Shown in pieces: positions 1-13,505 of a DNA stretch of 64,000 bases. How positions within the stretch are numbered: position 1 is the stretch's first letter; each line of letters starts with the position of its first letter. Under the pieces are notes generated by a model. The model saw only the letters and a list, made by a program, of their open reading frames with translations. It made no database searches and was not told the origin of the DNA. The position numbers and the translations under genes are program-made. Source of the DNA: Eledone cirrhosa (lineage: Eukaryota); NCBI GenBank assembly GCA_964016885.1, contig OZ024743.1, positions 48,732,001-48,796,000 of the forward strand, read 5' to 3'.

Positions 1-11
1 ACTCCTCTCAC

Positions 12-146
12 CTGTAGAGTTGTTGGAGGGAATCAATCCACCAATGTTTGACACAAAATCCAATGTGTGTACATGACAGATTTTGTGAAGACAAATACTT
101 CCAGCTTGCATAAGCCCATCCCTCTCATTGGCCATGTCTCACAGTC
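12..146 (-). other. Candidate alternative exon of the PPP2R5 gene (ATG at 135; MANERDGLMQAGSICLHKICHVHTLDFVSNIGGLIPSNNST, then a phase-1 donor)
   Basis: Minus strand: acceptor-like tacttctatag| before 146, ATG at 135-133, 41 open codons plus G, donor CAG|GTGAGA at 12/11. The phase matches the PPP2R5 exon-1 donor. No homology recognised. Confidence 0.33.
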
Positions 147-942
147 CTATAGAAGTATGATACAAACCTGCACTCAGTAGAGTCCCATATCCTAACTGTA
201 TAACAACCAATGTCCCATTTTGCAAAAACATATGCCCCACCCATGCGAACACAAAGAAATGGCAGTAAAGTACCATTTTCCCCCACACACACAAAAAAAA
301 AAAAAAGTGGTGGTCAGGAACAAGGCATTAAAAGTATCATTAACTATTCTATATATTGATGCATGTATTCATAAAAATGTACTTTGTCAGATGAAGATCT
401 AATTGAAACAAATGTAATTAATACTTATAAAAACAGAAAATGATATTAAGTCTACTACTAGTTGTAGTTGCAATGGAGGTATTATTATAAACAGTGAATA
501 ATGAAGAAAACAAAAGATATTACAACAATAAGGAAGTAACATTATATATGCAAACCACCAAGATACATTTTAAAAGTCATCATTATTAAAACTCACTTTT
601 CATATATCAAGATAAATTTATGACTTCCTTTGAAACCATAGGTAGAAATATGGTAATGAGAGGATTGATGGCATTACTTTTAATTACTCCACTTCAAATT
701 AATAGAAATATCTTTTTGACATCATTAACCCTTTAGTTTTCAAACCACCCGAAATCGCCCGAAAACACCCACACTAAAAAATTGTTCTAAAAATAAACAA
801 ACCATCATCAAAATCTCGTCAATTCGAGATTACTGCGAGATTAGGCCCTTACCGCGAAAATTAACACTTAATATAGTGGAACAACTTAGAACAAGTGTTT
901 TTTTAACTTTGAAAGTACAACAACTTTTTTTTTTGTATCAAC

Positions 943-1500
943 ATGGCTTATGAAAGTAGCGATACTGACTTTGAAGGTTTTACACACGACGACATTCAGA
1001 ATAAACAAGAAACAATGATAATATTAGTGATATATCTTCAAATGAATCTGATGTTTATATTTCTGAAATTTCGTCCGGCGATGATTGTTGTTTTGAAAGT
1101 GAAAACGAAAATATTACAGCAACGTGGTTGAAAAATACCACACTAATATATGTTCCCGATTTTATTCAAAATACTGGTCCACAACAAACATTACCTCCCG
1201 ATGCTAAAGCACTGGATTATTTCTTTTTGTTTTTACCACAAACTTTCTTCGAAGTTGTGGCAGAAGAGATTAATCGATATGCCCAACAACAGATTTCAAA
1301 TCGAGGAAAACCCGATCTGTTTGGTGACTGACAGATGCTGCGGAAATGCAAGCATTTTTTATCGTAAATATTATGTTCGGTATAAAACAATTTCCAAGAC
1401 TGTGGAATTACTGGAGCACTGATAAGGTTTAGTGATCCTTATATATCAAGTATTATGCCGAAAACAACGTATTTAAATTAAACCAGTATTTGCACCTGGT
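943..1500 (+). pseudogene. Frameshifted N-terminal piggyBac (PGBD-like) transposase
   Basis: Acidic start MAYESSDTDFEGF, then F..NTGP...ALDYFFLFLPQTFFEVVAEEINRYA, then EMQAFFIVNIMFGIKQFPRLWNYWST and PYISSIMPK...YLHL in shifted frames. The DDD core is deleted. Confidence 0.85.
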
Positions 1501-1680
1501 TGGTACTTGAAATGCCCCTATTAATTAATTTCACCTGCCCATAAAAGTCAAATTTGACCAAAAAAAATCAGGTAAAATTATATAATTGTATATTATTGAT
1601 ATTTAAACATCTACTAACAAAATTTCAAGCCTGCACATAGAAAATTACAAATAAATAAAATTGATAACCCTCTTGAGTAT

Positions 1681-2297
1681 GATTAACTGAAAATAATTGT
1701 TTCTACTATTGGCACAAGGCCAGCAATTACCCAGTACATTATTGGTACTTTATTTTATCGACCCCGTAAAGATGAAAGGCAAAGTAAACCTCGGCGGGAT
1801 TTGAACTCAGAATGGCAAGGGCCGTAACTCTATGCGTCAAAGCAAAGCGTCTGACCCTCTACCAATACTGCCAATTCACTGCTCTGATTAACTGAAAATA
1901 ATTGTTTCCACTTTTGGCACAAGGCCAGCAATTACCCAGTACATTCCTGGTACTTTATTTTATTGACCCCGTAAGGATGAAAGGCAAAGTAAACCTCGGC
2001 GGGATTTGAACTCAGAATGGCAAGGGCCGTAACTCTATGCGTCAAAGCAAAGCGTCTGACCCTCTACCGATACTGCCAATTCACTGCTCTGATTAACTGA
2101 AAATAATTGTTTCCACTTTTGGCACAAGGCCATCAATTACCCAGTACATTACTGGTACTTTATTTTATCGACCCCGTAAGGATGAAAGGCAAAGTTAACC
2201 TCAGCGGGATTTGAACTCAGACCGTAAAGGGACGTAACTATGCTGGAAAGCATGGCGTCCGACCCTCTACCGATACTGCCAATCCACTGAAAATAAT
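1681..2297 (-). mobile_element. Three head-to-tail tRNA-derived SINE copies (205-bp period) nested in the piggyBac
   Basis: Units start at 1681, 1886 and 2091. The reverse complement has an A-box-like TGGCAGTATCGG, a B-box GAGTTCAAATCC, a central GCCTTTCATCCTTACGGGGTCGATAAAATAAAGTACCAG (resembles the MetaSINE domain, from memory) and an (ATT)n tail. Confidence 0.88.
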
Positions 2298-4204
2298 GCG
2301 GACAGATAAGCATGACGTTTGAAAATTAATGCGAATGCTAAAGGGTTAAATGGGTAAACCACCCTTTCGTTACAATATTTCTAATGAAAGACATTGCCTG
2401 TGATTTTCAAATAATTTTAAAAATAATAAAAATTTGAAAGCATTTAGTAACATAACTTCCCCTTTATTAAGCTGGTGTTTGGAGCATAATTTAATAAAGG
2501 TTCTTATATAAAATTATGGTAAGTTTTTAGATAAACACTTTAAAGTAGTCCTTATATCATAGAACTAGAGGTGGTTTCTTGCAGTTTGATATCAACATGG
2601 ATAGTCTTTTAATAACACAACAGTGGAAATAAAACAAGTTGATTATTGTGGTTATCTAATCTTAGGGCAGACAACTTTTTGAAAAAAAAACAAAAAAAAA
2701 AAAACATGCTGAATGAATCAGAACATTTGCTTACTAAAATTGCTACTTTTCAGGCACACTGTTGACAATGCAAGTGCATTATTGAATTTCTATCCATGGT
2801 ACTTCCTTAAGTCATCCAAAAATGGCAGCTTTCTGACGAAAGTAAGTCCTTCACAACAACGCTCTTAAATTCTAGAATTCTAACTTAACTCAATCTCATA
2901 ACTACAAAAGGAATGATAACATAAGAAACCTCAACTCAGGATTTTGTTAAAACTGCAACGCACAAAAATTATATAAAGGTGTATTTTAACAATGAAAATC
3001 CACATGACAATGAAAATATATCTTTAATATCTAAAATGGAAATAAAAAATGAATATATAAAATAATTCTAGACTATAAATCCATAAAACAAATTGAGCTT
3101 AGATGGATAATTATAAATATTAATAATTATTATGAGGTGGATATAAACAATAGCAGACAAGTCTAACAATATATTTTGGTGGTGAGTGATAATGTGAAAG
3201 CAGGAGCAAATATACATATGTTGTTTGCAACAAGTAATGACTATGAAAATAAAGCTAAAGTTTTCTCACTAATAATCCACAGCAGAATTGATTATTTAAG
3301 TACTGACTGCAGCACAAGTGTTGGTTTTGATGATAGATTTTTTTGAAAATAACTAGTACTATGAATTTAATTCTGCCAATTAAATAGGCTCTTTTTTTTT
3401 CCCACTAAATAGGCAAATTTACTGTTTCACATATTCAGGAGCATAGCTTGCAACATTCAACATTATACATGTAGAGTGTTCTATATTTTACAGAATATTT
3501 TACAAATGCATGTTCATAAAATAAAGAAATAGCGTGAAAGTTTTGAAGCTGACTAAATACATAATATCAAGACCATGGTTCACAGACATTTTACTTTCAA
3601 ACTTATTTCATTGGGATTTGTTCATCTCAACAGACAGAACAGTGCATATAGATGTTTTAGATTAACCAAACTGGTTCTACCATTTAAAAACTATTTATCT
3701 TAAAAGCATGTTTATATTTATCTAAACACCTTCCATCATAATTTTATGAAAGAACCTTTACTCCAAACACCAAAGAATAAGAAAGTTAATATTATTACAA
3801 AAAACCCTCCAAATTCTTGATTATTCTCAAAATGATTTGGAAATTGTAGGCAGTGACTTTCATTAACAAATATGTTAATGAAAGAACGAGCAGAAAATTA
3901 TTTATGATTAGATGAAATTAATGCAGTTAATATTGTTTTGCATTGTTGCAAATGTGTGGTTATGGGGAAATCTGAGTAGTAAGGGAGTATTAGGTTTAAT
4001 TTCCTAGGTAAGAGATAATTAGGGTCTGAAAGGTTAAATATAACAAGATTGACATAAAAATGAGAGGTACAGTTACAATTGCCATAGAGCTGGCTTGTTT
4101 AGAGGACCAAATATTATAGTAGCAACTAAGTTTCAAAGTCAGAAAAGACATTATAGAATATTGATGAATGAAGCCATGCTCACCAGAATCTTAGTATGTG
4201 TCTA

Positions 4205-5487
4205 CATGAGTAGGAAAGGAGTAGGCAGAAACTCCATTTTATGTCCCAAATGCAAAGTATGGGTGCATAAAAGATGTAGTGGAATCACAGGTAAGCTAAC
4301 TAAGAATATAGATTTTATATGTGGCCGGTGCTCTGGTGCAATAAGTAGCAGCAAGTGCCCACAGAATACTAGCTCATTCCATTGCACAGATGGTTCTATA
4401 GAAATAGTGGACAGCTTCCGTTACCTGGGTGACAAAATCAGCAGTGGGGGAGGGTGCTCTGAAAGTACAGTAGCTAGAGTCAGAACGGGATGGAAAAAGT
4501 TCAGAGAGCTTATACCACTATTGGCCGCTAAAGGGTTCTCTCTAAAAATGAAAGGCAGGCTGTATGATGCCTGCATACGAACAGCAATGTTACATGGCAG
4601 TGAGACCTGGGCATTGTGTGCAGAGGATATACGCAGATTAGAGAGGAACGAAGCTTGCATGCTCCGTTGGATGTGTAATAGTAATATACGTGAACGGCAA
4701 AGCATAAACGAACTAAGGGAGAAATTAGGAATAAGAGGGATCAGATGTTGTTTACTCGAGAGAAGTCTACGTTGGTACGGTCATGTGATGCGCATGAAAG
4801 ACGACAGCTGTATAAAAAAGTGCAGGGCGATAAAAATAGACGGTAGCCACGGAGTAGGCAGACCCAGAAAAACCTGGGACGACTTGATAAATTCCGACCT
4901 CACACACACCTCTCCAAGACAATGTCATTGGACCGAGATCTTTGGCGCTACACAGTTATACAGAAGACCCGCCTTGCCTAAGTACAAAGCGAAACCTACA
5001 GTCAGTAGGCACTTCTAACAAAATACACCCCCGTCCCACTACCCCCACCCCCTTAAATGTGAAGTTATGTTGGTACCACAACATGTAGTCCGAAACAAAT
5101 GAGGTTGTGTAGGTGTCACGACAAAAAAACACACAGTCCATGCTGTAATGTGGCCGTGTAGGTAACACGGTAAAAACCTCCCAGTACACACTGTAAACGT
5201 GGTTGGTGTTGGGAAGGGCACCCAGCCGAAGAAAAAACGCCAGACGTGTAGGTGTCACGACAAAAAAACACAGTCCACGCTGTGATGTGGCCGTGTAAGT
5301 AACACAGTAAAAACCTCCCAGTCCACACTGTAAACGTGGTTGGTGTTAGGAAGGGCATCCAGCCGTAGCAAACCCGCCAGACAGTCCTATACGTGCAGAC
5401 GGACAACCAATCTTGCTTCAAGTGGGAAAACTCCTGTCAAAACCCATGCAAGCGTGGAAGATGGACGTTAAACGATGATGATGATAA
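4205..5487 (+). mobile_element. 5'-truncated RTE-clade LINE (RT thumb region with PHD-like finger, 3' UTR, (GAT)n tail)
   Basis: ORF 4095-5018 has VDSFRYLG, LYDACIRTAMLHGSETW, LRWYGHVMR and GRPRKTW. The 3' UTR contains a ~135-bp direct duplication and ends in gatgatgatgat. Confidence 0.9.
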
Positions 5488-6153
5488 GTACAAATGTGTG
5501 TACACAGTTCAATTCATGCAAAGCATTAATCATTTCCTTATCATATTTTGGATAAAAGACATTTCCTATAATTTTGAAATAAACAAGAATTTAAAGGGAT
5601 CAGAATATAATAAAGATGTTTACATAAAATTACAATGGAAGTTTTTAGATAAATATAAACACTTTAAAATAAACAGTTTTAAACCAGGGACAGTTTCAGG
5701 CACTTTAGTATCAAAAGGGTTCATTTATGTAAAACATATAAGTGCTCTGTAATAACCTAACAGCTAATAATTTTCTAGCAAAGTTTAGGGTGACCAATGG
5801 ACTCTCAGGTCCCAAATAATAGGGGCTGGGCTGGGCTAAGAAAGGGAGTTGAAATAAACAGGGAGGTTGGAAATTCAGTAATTCTTTTAGGTTGTCTCCA
5901 TTGAATTTTTTTTTTAAATCAGAATTAGTCGTTTAGTTTACATATTGAGACCCCCAACTCATCCTATTATTTTATAACATATGGGATTTCTAGTAACGTA
6001 CTTTTTTCGCCATGCATAATGTTTTTTTTTTAATTATAAAGAAAATTGTTGCAGGAATGCAACTACTTAAAATAAAATTTCGCCAGAGATAGATTAGCAA
6101 AATTTAATAAGTAGGAGGTTGGGGGTTGGAAACAGAGCGAGGGTGGCCTGAAA

Positions 6154-6185
<32 letters not shown>

Positions 6186-9100
6186 AGACCCAAGAGTAAT
6201 CTATTGTCTAATATTTATGGTGAATCAAGGTTTCCATCGTTTTTCTACAAAACATTGTGGAATAAATGTCTCAAGGTGTTAGCTTGTGTCTTGTAGCAGA
6301 AGATACTAGCTTGCTAAAAAAAAAATATATATATAGCTTCAGGCAGAATGTATAGATCCACACAGTAGATATTTTCTTGCAAATTGAATAGCTCCAAGCA
6401 ACAAGCATTACCATACAGAATGTTAGGTGTAAGTTCTATCAAACTAAAATACCAACTTATAGATAATATACATCATCTCAAAGAAAATAGAATGTAAATT
6501 CCACTTGTAGAACAATCATAGAATAATTTTGATTAACCCTTTGTTACCATACTTCTAATGCCTAGTATATAAGAAAAAGCTAAGAGTTGTAGAAGCAGCT
6601 GAGAATTAAAATGATTGGGTCAATAAGTAAAGGAGGAATAACTCTGAACATGTAACAAGAAAAGATTCAAACAGTTAAAGAGATGCTCTAAAAAGAAAGA
6701 GCTCATTCGAAAGATGCCATAAAAAAAACTTTAGAACATTATCAGTGTGAGTTAGCAATCTTAGAGGCTCATCAGATTGGAGCTTGCTCCAGCTTGTGTT
6801 AAGTGACTGAGTACAAGACTTCCTCCTAGATGGGATATCAGTCTGTTGCAGAGGTAATCATTTGCTGCTGCTGCCAGTACTAATATCTTTCAGCTGAGTG
6901 GACTAGAGCAATATGAAATGAAGCAACTTGCTCAAAGACACAACACACTCCTTGGATCAGGATTGAACTCATGACCTTATGGTCATGAACCCAACACCCT
7001 AAACATGAAGCCAGATACCTTCATACAGCAACCTACAGTATTGTTAAACAAAATACAGAGGCTCTATTATCAAAACCTAGAACTCCAATAGTATTTAATG
7101 ACAAATTTTAAGAGTTGCAGAAAATAGCTATGATCTCTAAAGTAATTAAGAAAGAATCTGTTCCTCAGGTAAAACCAAAGAAACAGTTTCCATTGGGGTT
7201 TTTCCATTTCTACCAATCACAACTCCTAGCAGTAATTAAAGTTACGTCAATTTGAAGAAACCCAAACATACACATTGAAAAAGTCTAAATAAAGCAATTT
7301 TTTCATTTCAATTTAATGATCTTTAGTCTATTAACTTTCTCAAAAATCACTTAAATAAAAAGAACATTTTATGTTATCTTTTACTAATTAATTTGCTAAT
7401 TATACTGATATCTTTTACTGGTTATTTTGCTATAATACAATGAATAAAATTGAACTCTATAATCAACATCAGTTGCATTTGGTAATTTCATAAACAAAGA
7501 GCAAATGATAGTATGTGTATACATGCACAAACCCTTTAAAACTATTTAAGCCTTTTGACACCAAATCATACATAACTGCATCGGGTTTATTACTAAATCA
7601 TTCTAGATTATTTCAAAATTGGAAATATGATAATGAAAGGGTTAAACAAAAGTTTGTAATACTTTTGTTTTCTCAATTGCCTTATAGAATATGTAAATGA
7701 AATAGTTCCAATTTGGAATCAAAGGTAAGCCACAAAATCAAATTTCCATAAGATAAGTTTGTGTGTTGGTAAGGATCTTATTTTACAAAATTTTATTAAA
7801 CTATTTGCTGACAAGCCATTCACAGTTTCGTCATACTATAGTTTTGGGAAAGTTGCTACTAATTTAAGCTACTCCGAACCTTAATAAATAGAGGAGGAGA
7901 AGGGAATATTGACAGAACAATACATGATAAAGTGATAACCAACGTGGAAAAATAAACATGAAATGTTCATCTCATGATGTATGCATGGGTTAGATAAATC
8001 TGTAAATATTTATCATCATTTGTTTTAAAACCATTTAATATTAGTCTTAATAAAATACATAAACCATTAACTGAAAACGGTTCAGAATATGAAAAGATTG
8101 AACAAAACTATTTGCAAACTTAAGTCATCAAAATATATATTAAAATCATTGTAAAAGATCTATCAAGAATATTTGAATCAACGATTAATCAACTAATACA
8201 AACCCACTTTGTAAATGATAAGTAGATGTATTTTTGTCCTATATAATGCAAGTTGCTAATAATTAGTAGTAACTTTTGAATACACAACAAGGATCTTCTG
8301 ATAAACATAACTTACAAGTACAAAGCTTAGTCATGTTAATTTAATATGCGACTTGCAACAGAAGTGAAATGTTAAAACCCATTATCATAGATCACATATC
8401 TTCAGTATAACCTTTGTACCTACTATTTTAAAAAACAGCCAAGCTTAATGATTATTTTCAGGCATTCATCAGTTTTAGTTTTTAGATAGTATTATGCACA
8501 TAAATAACTTTTAAATTTCATATAGCACATATATATGATGTACATATTCACTCAAATTGCATGGTTATATTCTCAACTACTCATGAAATTTACAATAACC
8601 AAATTTGAAATATCTTCTCTCTAAGTAATTCAATTTATATTAACTACATCATCATTTCAATGTTGTTTTTTTTGCCTCAGATGGCAAAGGTTAAATATAT
8701 TACTGTACACCAAACACAGTATCTCTCCATGTTTCAATCATTTTACATCTAATATAAAGTTTAATACATTTTGATAGCAAACTACATGAAACTGCCCCTG
8801 TTTTTACAGTACAAAAGTGTTTATTTTAAAGTGTTTATACAAAAACTTACCATCATAATTATGTCAGACCCATTATGTTATGCTAACACAACCTTAATAA
8901 TTAAAGTTATATTACTAAACACTTCAAAATGTTTGATTATTTTCAATATTATTGGAAAATCACAGGCACTGTTTTATAAGAAATATAATGAAAAAGTTAA
9001 ACTAAATAACAATTCACTCTTATCAATACAGGCATTGTTCTAATTATGTTGTTTTGTTTTTTTCACTTAGATGAAACTATTTTAACCATGTATTTTATTT

Positions 9101-9699
9101 ATGTTAGAAGTGCTATAATTTTGAAATATACACTTTCACTAAAAATAACAAGACAAATGTGCTCAGATCTTACTTGAACACTTCCTCATAAATCTTGCTC
9201 AACTTATTCTATCTACAAGTATGCCTCAGGTTGCATCCAAACCAACATAGTAACCTATTCTACATTACTAAATCCAATATTTGATCCCCAACTCACTTAT
9301 GTGTCTCAATATGCACAGTTAATTGAAAAGTGCTCAATAAAGATGGACATAGACATGGCTAAGTTTGCTTTACAACCACGTAGTTCTGGATTCAACCCTA
9401 CTGCATAGAAAGTACCATAGCTTGAGGTTGACCAATGCTTTGTGATAAAATTTAGTAGGTAAAAACTGTGCAGAAACCTGTCACATATATGTGTTTGTGT
9501 ATGTAGATTGAGAAGAAAACTGAAAAACTAATACTTTTCAAACCAAGTTCCTTGTGATATTTGTTCTGCTCTAAGTTAAAGAAACTTGTTACTCTCTGCA
9601 CCAGAAGTACAGTGAACCAATAACTGGCCATTTAGGAACTTGAACAAAAAATGCTATTGTTCACCAAATTGTGAAACAACAAAAAAAGTTTTAAGTCCA

Positions 9700-10000
9700 T
9701 TTTCCAAACTAAAGCAGAAGCTAGTTTTGTGAGCTCCATGACAAGCTTTTCCATTTTACCCTTTCCTCTACCTCCCACTTCCCCAACCTCCTGGCTGATC
9801 TTCCATCATCTTTAGCCATGTCTTTGTAGATCTACCCTTTCTTCTACTTCCTTTCACATTGATTCCTGTCAATCCTTTCACCCAGTCACTTTCATCCTTC
9901 TTCAACATATGACTCAGACATCTCATTCCATTTCTCTTCACAATATTTATCATTTACTCTATCTCATTTTCTGCAATTCATTGTTTTCCTCCCTCTGATA
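9700..10000 (-). mobile_element. Degenerate RTE LINE 3' remnant
   Basis: ORF 9768-9953: MRCLSHMLKKDESDWVK...GSRRKGRSTKTW, a decayed form of the RTE LRW.GH...GRP.KTW motif. Confidence 0.6.
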
Positions 10001-10100
10001 GATACTTCTGCAACTGTGATATAAAAGAAAATTAAAATAAAGATAATACAAGTATAATCCATTACATGCCTAAAAGAAAGAAGAAATCAACATTTCTTAA

Positions 10101-10309
10101 CCCATTCATTACCATATTTTTAATGAAAAACACTGTCTATCACCGTCTCCAAGAATTTGGAAGGTTTTAGTAATTTTTTTCATTAAACTGGTGTTTGGAA
10201 TATATAGCTTAAATATTCTTACATGAAATTATGATGGAAGGTTTTTAGATAAATATAAACACTATGAAATAAACATTGTAGAACCAAAAGCAGTTTGGTA
10301 CTGAAAAGG
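10101..10309. mobile_element. piggyBac-like MITE; related decayed copies near 2360-2600, 3640-3880, 5530-5725, 7530-7645 and 56190-56410
   Basis: TTAA-CCCATTC ... GAAAAGG-TTAA ends. The internal motif (aaattatgatggaaggtttttagataaatataaacact) recurs at the other sites. Confidence 0.6.
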
Positions 10310-11302
10310 TTAATAAGGAAAGTATAATAGTACAATTAGTTTATGAATCTATGAAGACAGAATGAATATCTAATATAAACTTTCAGAAATAGAAAATGTA
10401 AATGTAAATGCAAACTAAATCACATCATCAACAGAGAAATATGAGCTATTGTTTTAATGAAGCATACAGCATAGCTCCAAAGAACTGAAATAAATAGAGT
10501 AAAAAGCTCAAATGGATTCTGTAACTAATATCTGATCAATAAGAGTAAAATGTTTCAGTAAAGAATGATTTTTGTAGTCTTAACAGGTTTACATTTTGAA
10601 TGTAATCTGAGATGTGCATGGCCAATCATTGTTGGGAATTATTGATTTAGTTAGATTTACATTGAAAGTTTCAGGATGGAGAGTGGGGGTACTTTTTATG
10701 CATAATATTATGTTCATGATAATACATCCAGGCTGCAATGATGTCATTCAGTTATGAATGTGGGCTCCCAATGATAATTAGACCAACACCAAACAGTGAT
10801 CACTACTTCATAGAAATAACTGAATTCAGTATGTTCTGGAATCTGATTATAGTCAAAACATCAAGTGGATGTCTAACTGTTGCATCATAGTTATATTATA
10901 ATTGTAATATGATTAGAAATTGCATGCAAAAAAAACATATCCCATCTTGAATATCTGTACAACTTGATATTAAAGCTAATATTCAATTTACCACTGAAAG
11001 AATTTAAAATGCTACATAATTGCATCAATATTTTGAAAGCACTCCCACTGTTTGATAAGTTTTAGGGAGTCAAAACGTTCAATTAGGAAGTAACTACTTC
11101 TAATGAGTCTCACTCAGGCATGGACAGCAGGCCATAAACTGTAAAATGCCTGGAAGTCAAGTTGACTTAAAGGAACAAAGATAGGGTTGCTCCTAGTCAC
11201 TGTTGAATCAGTGTTCTTGTATAGCAGCAAGATATGGACACTCATGAAATAAACAGAAGATGGAAACTACATAAGCCTGCCACGCGTGCGTGCGTATGTG
11301 TA

Positions 11303-12221
11303 CTAGCGGCCTCACAGCCTTCATCCTGATCAGTACTGTGCTCAAATCTATTCATAAGGTACCATGTCATAATGTCCATTTTCCTTAGAATAAAACATTA
11401 AAAGGTATTTAAATACTACATAACATAATTTTCGAGATTTATTTAGAATATCTAAATACAGAAAGTAATAAAGAATAGAAAATGTACAGTACAAAAATTA
11501 TAGAACATTTAATTGAAGCTTACAACGCTTTCCATAACAGTACAAAATGACGAAGGATCAAAACAACCTTCAGTATCAAGAGATTGCTTTTCTATAAATT
11601 TAAACAGCTGAGAGTGTAACTCCGAGTGTCCCTCCTCCCTTCTTGCCTCTGTTATTTGCAGAAGAAATCTCTGAGGTTGATCCAAGTTTCTGAGAAGCAT
11701 GGTGACTGTGCCCTTCTCCAATTCAAGGTTGTGTGGCAGCATACCGGATTGTTTTATCTATGTTAATTAACAGACATATTTAGCTGTAGAGGTCTGTGTG
11801 TCACGTTGTTTTAGACAGCTTTCAAATTCATTCTTCAACAGGCCAATATCGTCTACATATTCAGTCACCAACCAGTAAACTTTAATAGCGGCCTCTATTT
11901 CAGCCTCAGTGTCAATGTTGAAATCATGTTAAATGGGGAGAATTGAGAGAGAGAGAGAAATTGGCTTGAGTGAGATGTGTAGTGTTTCCCTCTCTATATA
12001 TATTGACAGTATGACAGATAAAGAGACAGTACATGTGCTAGAAATAGCAAATTCTCCTCCAACTTGCCCCACCCCATTTCATTTTCGGAAAATAAGTCAG
12101 TCACAGTGAGCTTGATAGAGGTTAGGTTAATTGCAAACAAACCAAAAACCTTAATTATTATCAATTTTATTTAGTGTTATTAGCAGTCAATGTACAAACT
12201 TCCGTTTTATAACAATATAGA
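11303..12221 (-). mobile_element. Non-autonomous, internally deleted Helitron with a PIF1-helicase fragment
   Basis: Minus strand begins A|TCTATATTGTTATAAAACGGAAG (12221) and ends GGCCGCTAG|T (11303): TC...CTAG inserted at A|T with no TSD. The internal ORF reads LPHNLELEKGTVTMLLRNLD, a Helitron PIF1 motif. Confidence 0.8.
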
Positions 12222-13020
12222 TATATATATATATACACACATCATCATCATTTTTACATTGAATTTTCCATGCTGTCATAGGTTAGTTAGGACCTTCGAG
12301 GCAATGTTTTACAATGGGATGCCCTTCCTGACACCAACCCTTGAAGTTACTTAGAACATGCAGGATTAGCGTACCTATTCTAAACCAGATACACAAGACA
12401 CTATTTATATATGACACACACACACATATACACGTGTGTGTGTGTTGTATCTAAGTCTATGTTTAACGTGTGTTTATAACTAATAACTTAGCGGTTCAAT
12501 AAAAAGAGATTGGTAAAATAAGTACTGGGTCAATATGATCGACTAAATTCCTTATGGCAATGCTCCAGTTCATTTAGCGAAACCAGTAAAAGAAAAGAAT
12601 TAATTCACAAAGACAAGATTCTATGAGATTTACAGACTATCAAATTAAGAAGTAAAACATCAAAACAATTCTTCTTGAAGACTAAATTACTTCAACACTG
12701 TAATAAATTCAAGTGTTCAAAACCCAAATATACGACTTAGTGGAGTTAATGACATTATCCTAGATTATTGCAAGACATTTGAGACAAACTAAGTTGGTAT
12801 TAGCAACCAACCATCAACATTAGACTGGTGAGTGAACCTGTTGGTTTAGCACAGACCTCGCAAATAGAAATGTAATCCCAGTTTGTAACAGGACTTAATG
12901 AGCTAATCTGTCAAATACCAGACTGAAGTAAGCAACTCGAGTGTATTAAAATATTTGAAGTTATTACTTGCCAAAATCAATAGAAACAACCAACAAATTT
13001 CAACTTTCAATATTATTATT

Positions 13021-13204
13021 GTGGATTGGCAATATCGGTAGAGCGCCGTACACCCTGCTTCATGACAGAGTTATGGCCCTTTACGTTCTGAGTTCAAATC
13101 CCGCCAAGTACCAGTCAAACACTGGGATTGATTTAATCGACTTTCCCCTCCTCCAAAACATTGTTGGCCTTGTGTCTATAGTAGAAATCATTATTATTAT
13201 TATT
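13021..13204 (+). mobile_element. tRNA-derived SINE, internally deleted
   Basis: GTGGATTGGCAATATCGGTAG head, GAGTTCAAATCC B-box and (ATT)n tail; same family as 1681-2297. Confidence 0.8.
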
Positions 13205-13317
13205 CCTTCTTTCAGTTTTATACAATCACTTGCTCCAGGTCATTACCAATGAATGGTGCAAGAAGGTTAAGTGAGTAGTTGCTTTCATCTACGTGCATAA
13301 GGGTGCTCTAAATGCAC

Positions 13318-13505
13318 AGATTGGCAGAATTGGTAGAGTGTCAGACACCATGCTTTGCAGCATAGAGTTATGGCACTATGTTCTGAGTTCAAATCCCACC
13401 AAAGTTAACTTTCATCCTTACGGGGGTCAATAAAATCAAGTACCAGTAATGTACTGAGGTAATTGCTGGCCTTGTGCCAAAAGTAGAAACAATTATTATT
13501 ATTAA
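13318..13505 (+). mobile_element. tRNA-derived SINE
   Basis: Same family head, B-box, central domain and tail. Confidence 0.8.

Larger units (their letters stand above)
729..2345 (+). mobile_element. Internally deleted piggyBac DNA transposon
   Basis: TTAA (725-728), CCCTTTAG ... CTAAAGGG, TTAA (2346-2349): terminal inverted repeats and TTAA target duplication. Contains transposase remnants. Confidence 0.88.

Noticed and set aside
6750-6778. Minus-strand CTGATGAGC...GC
   Set aside because: No GAAA follows.
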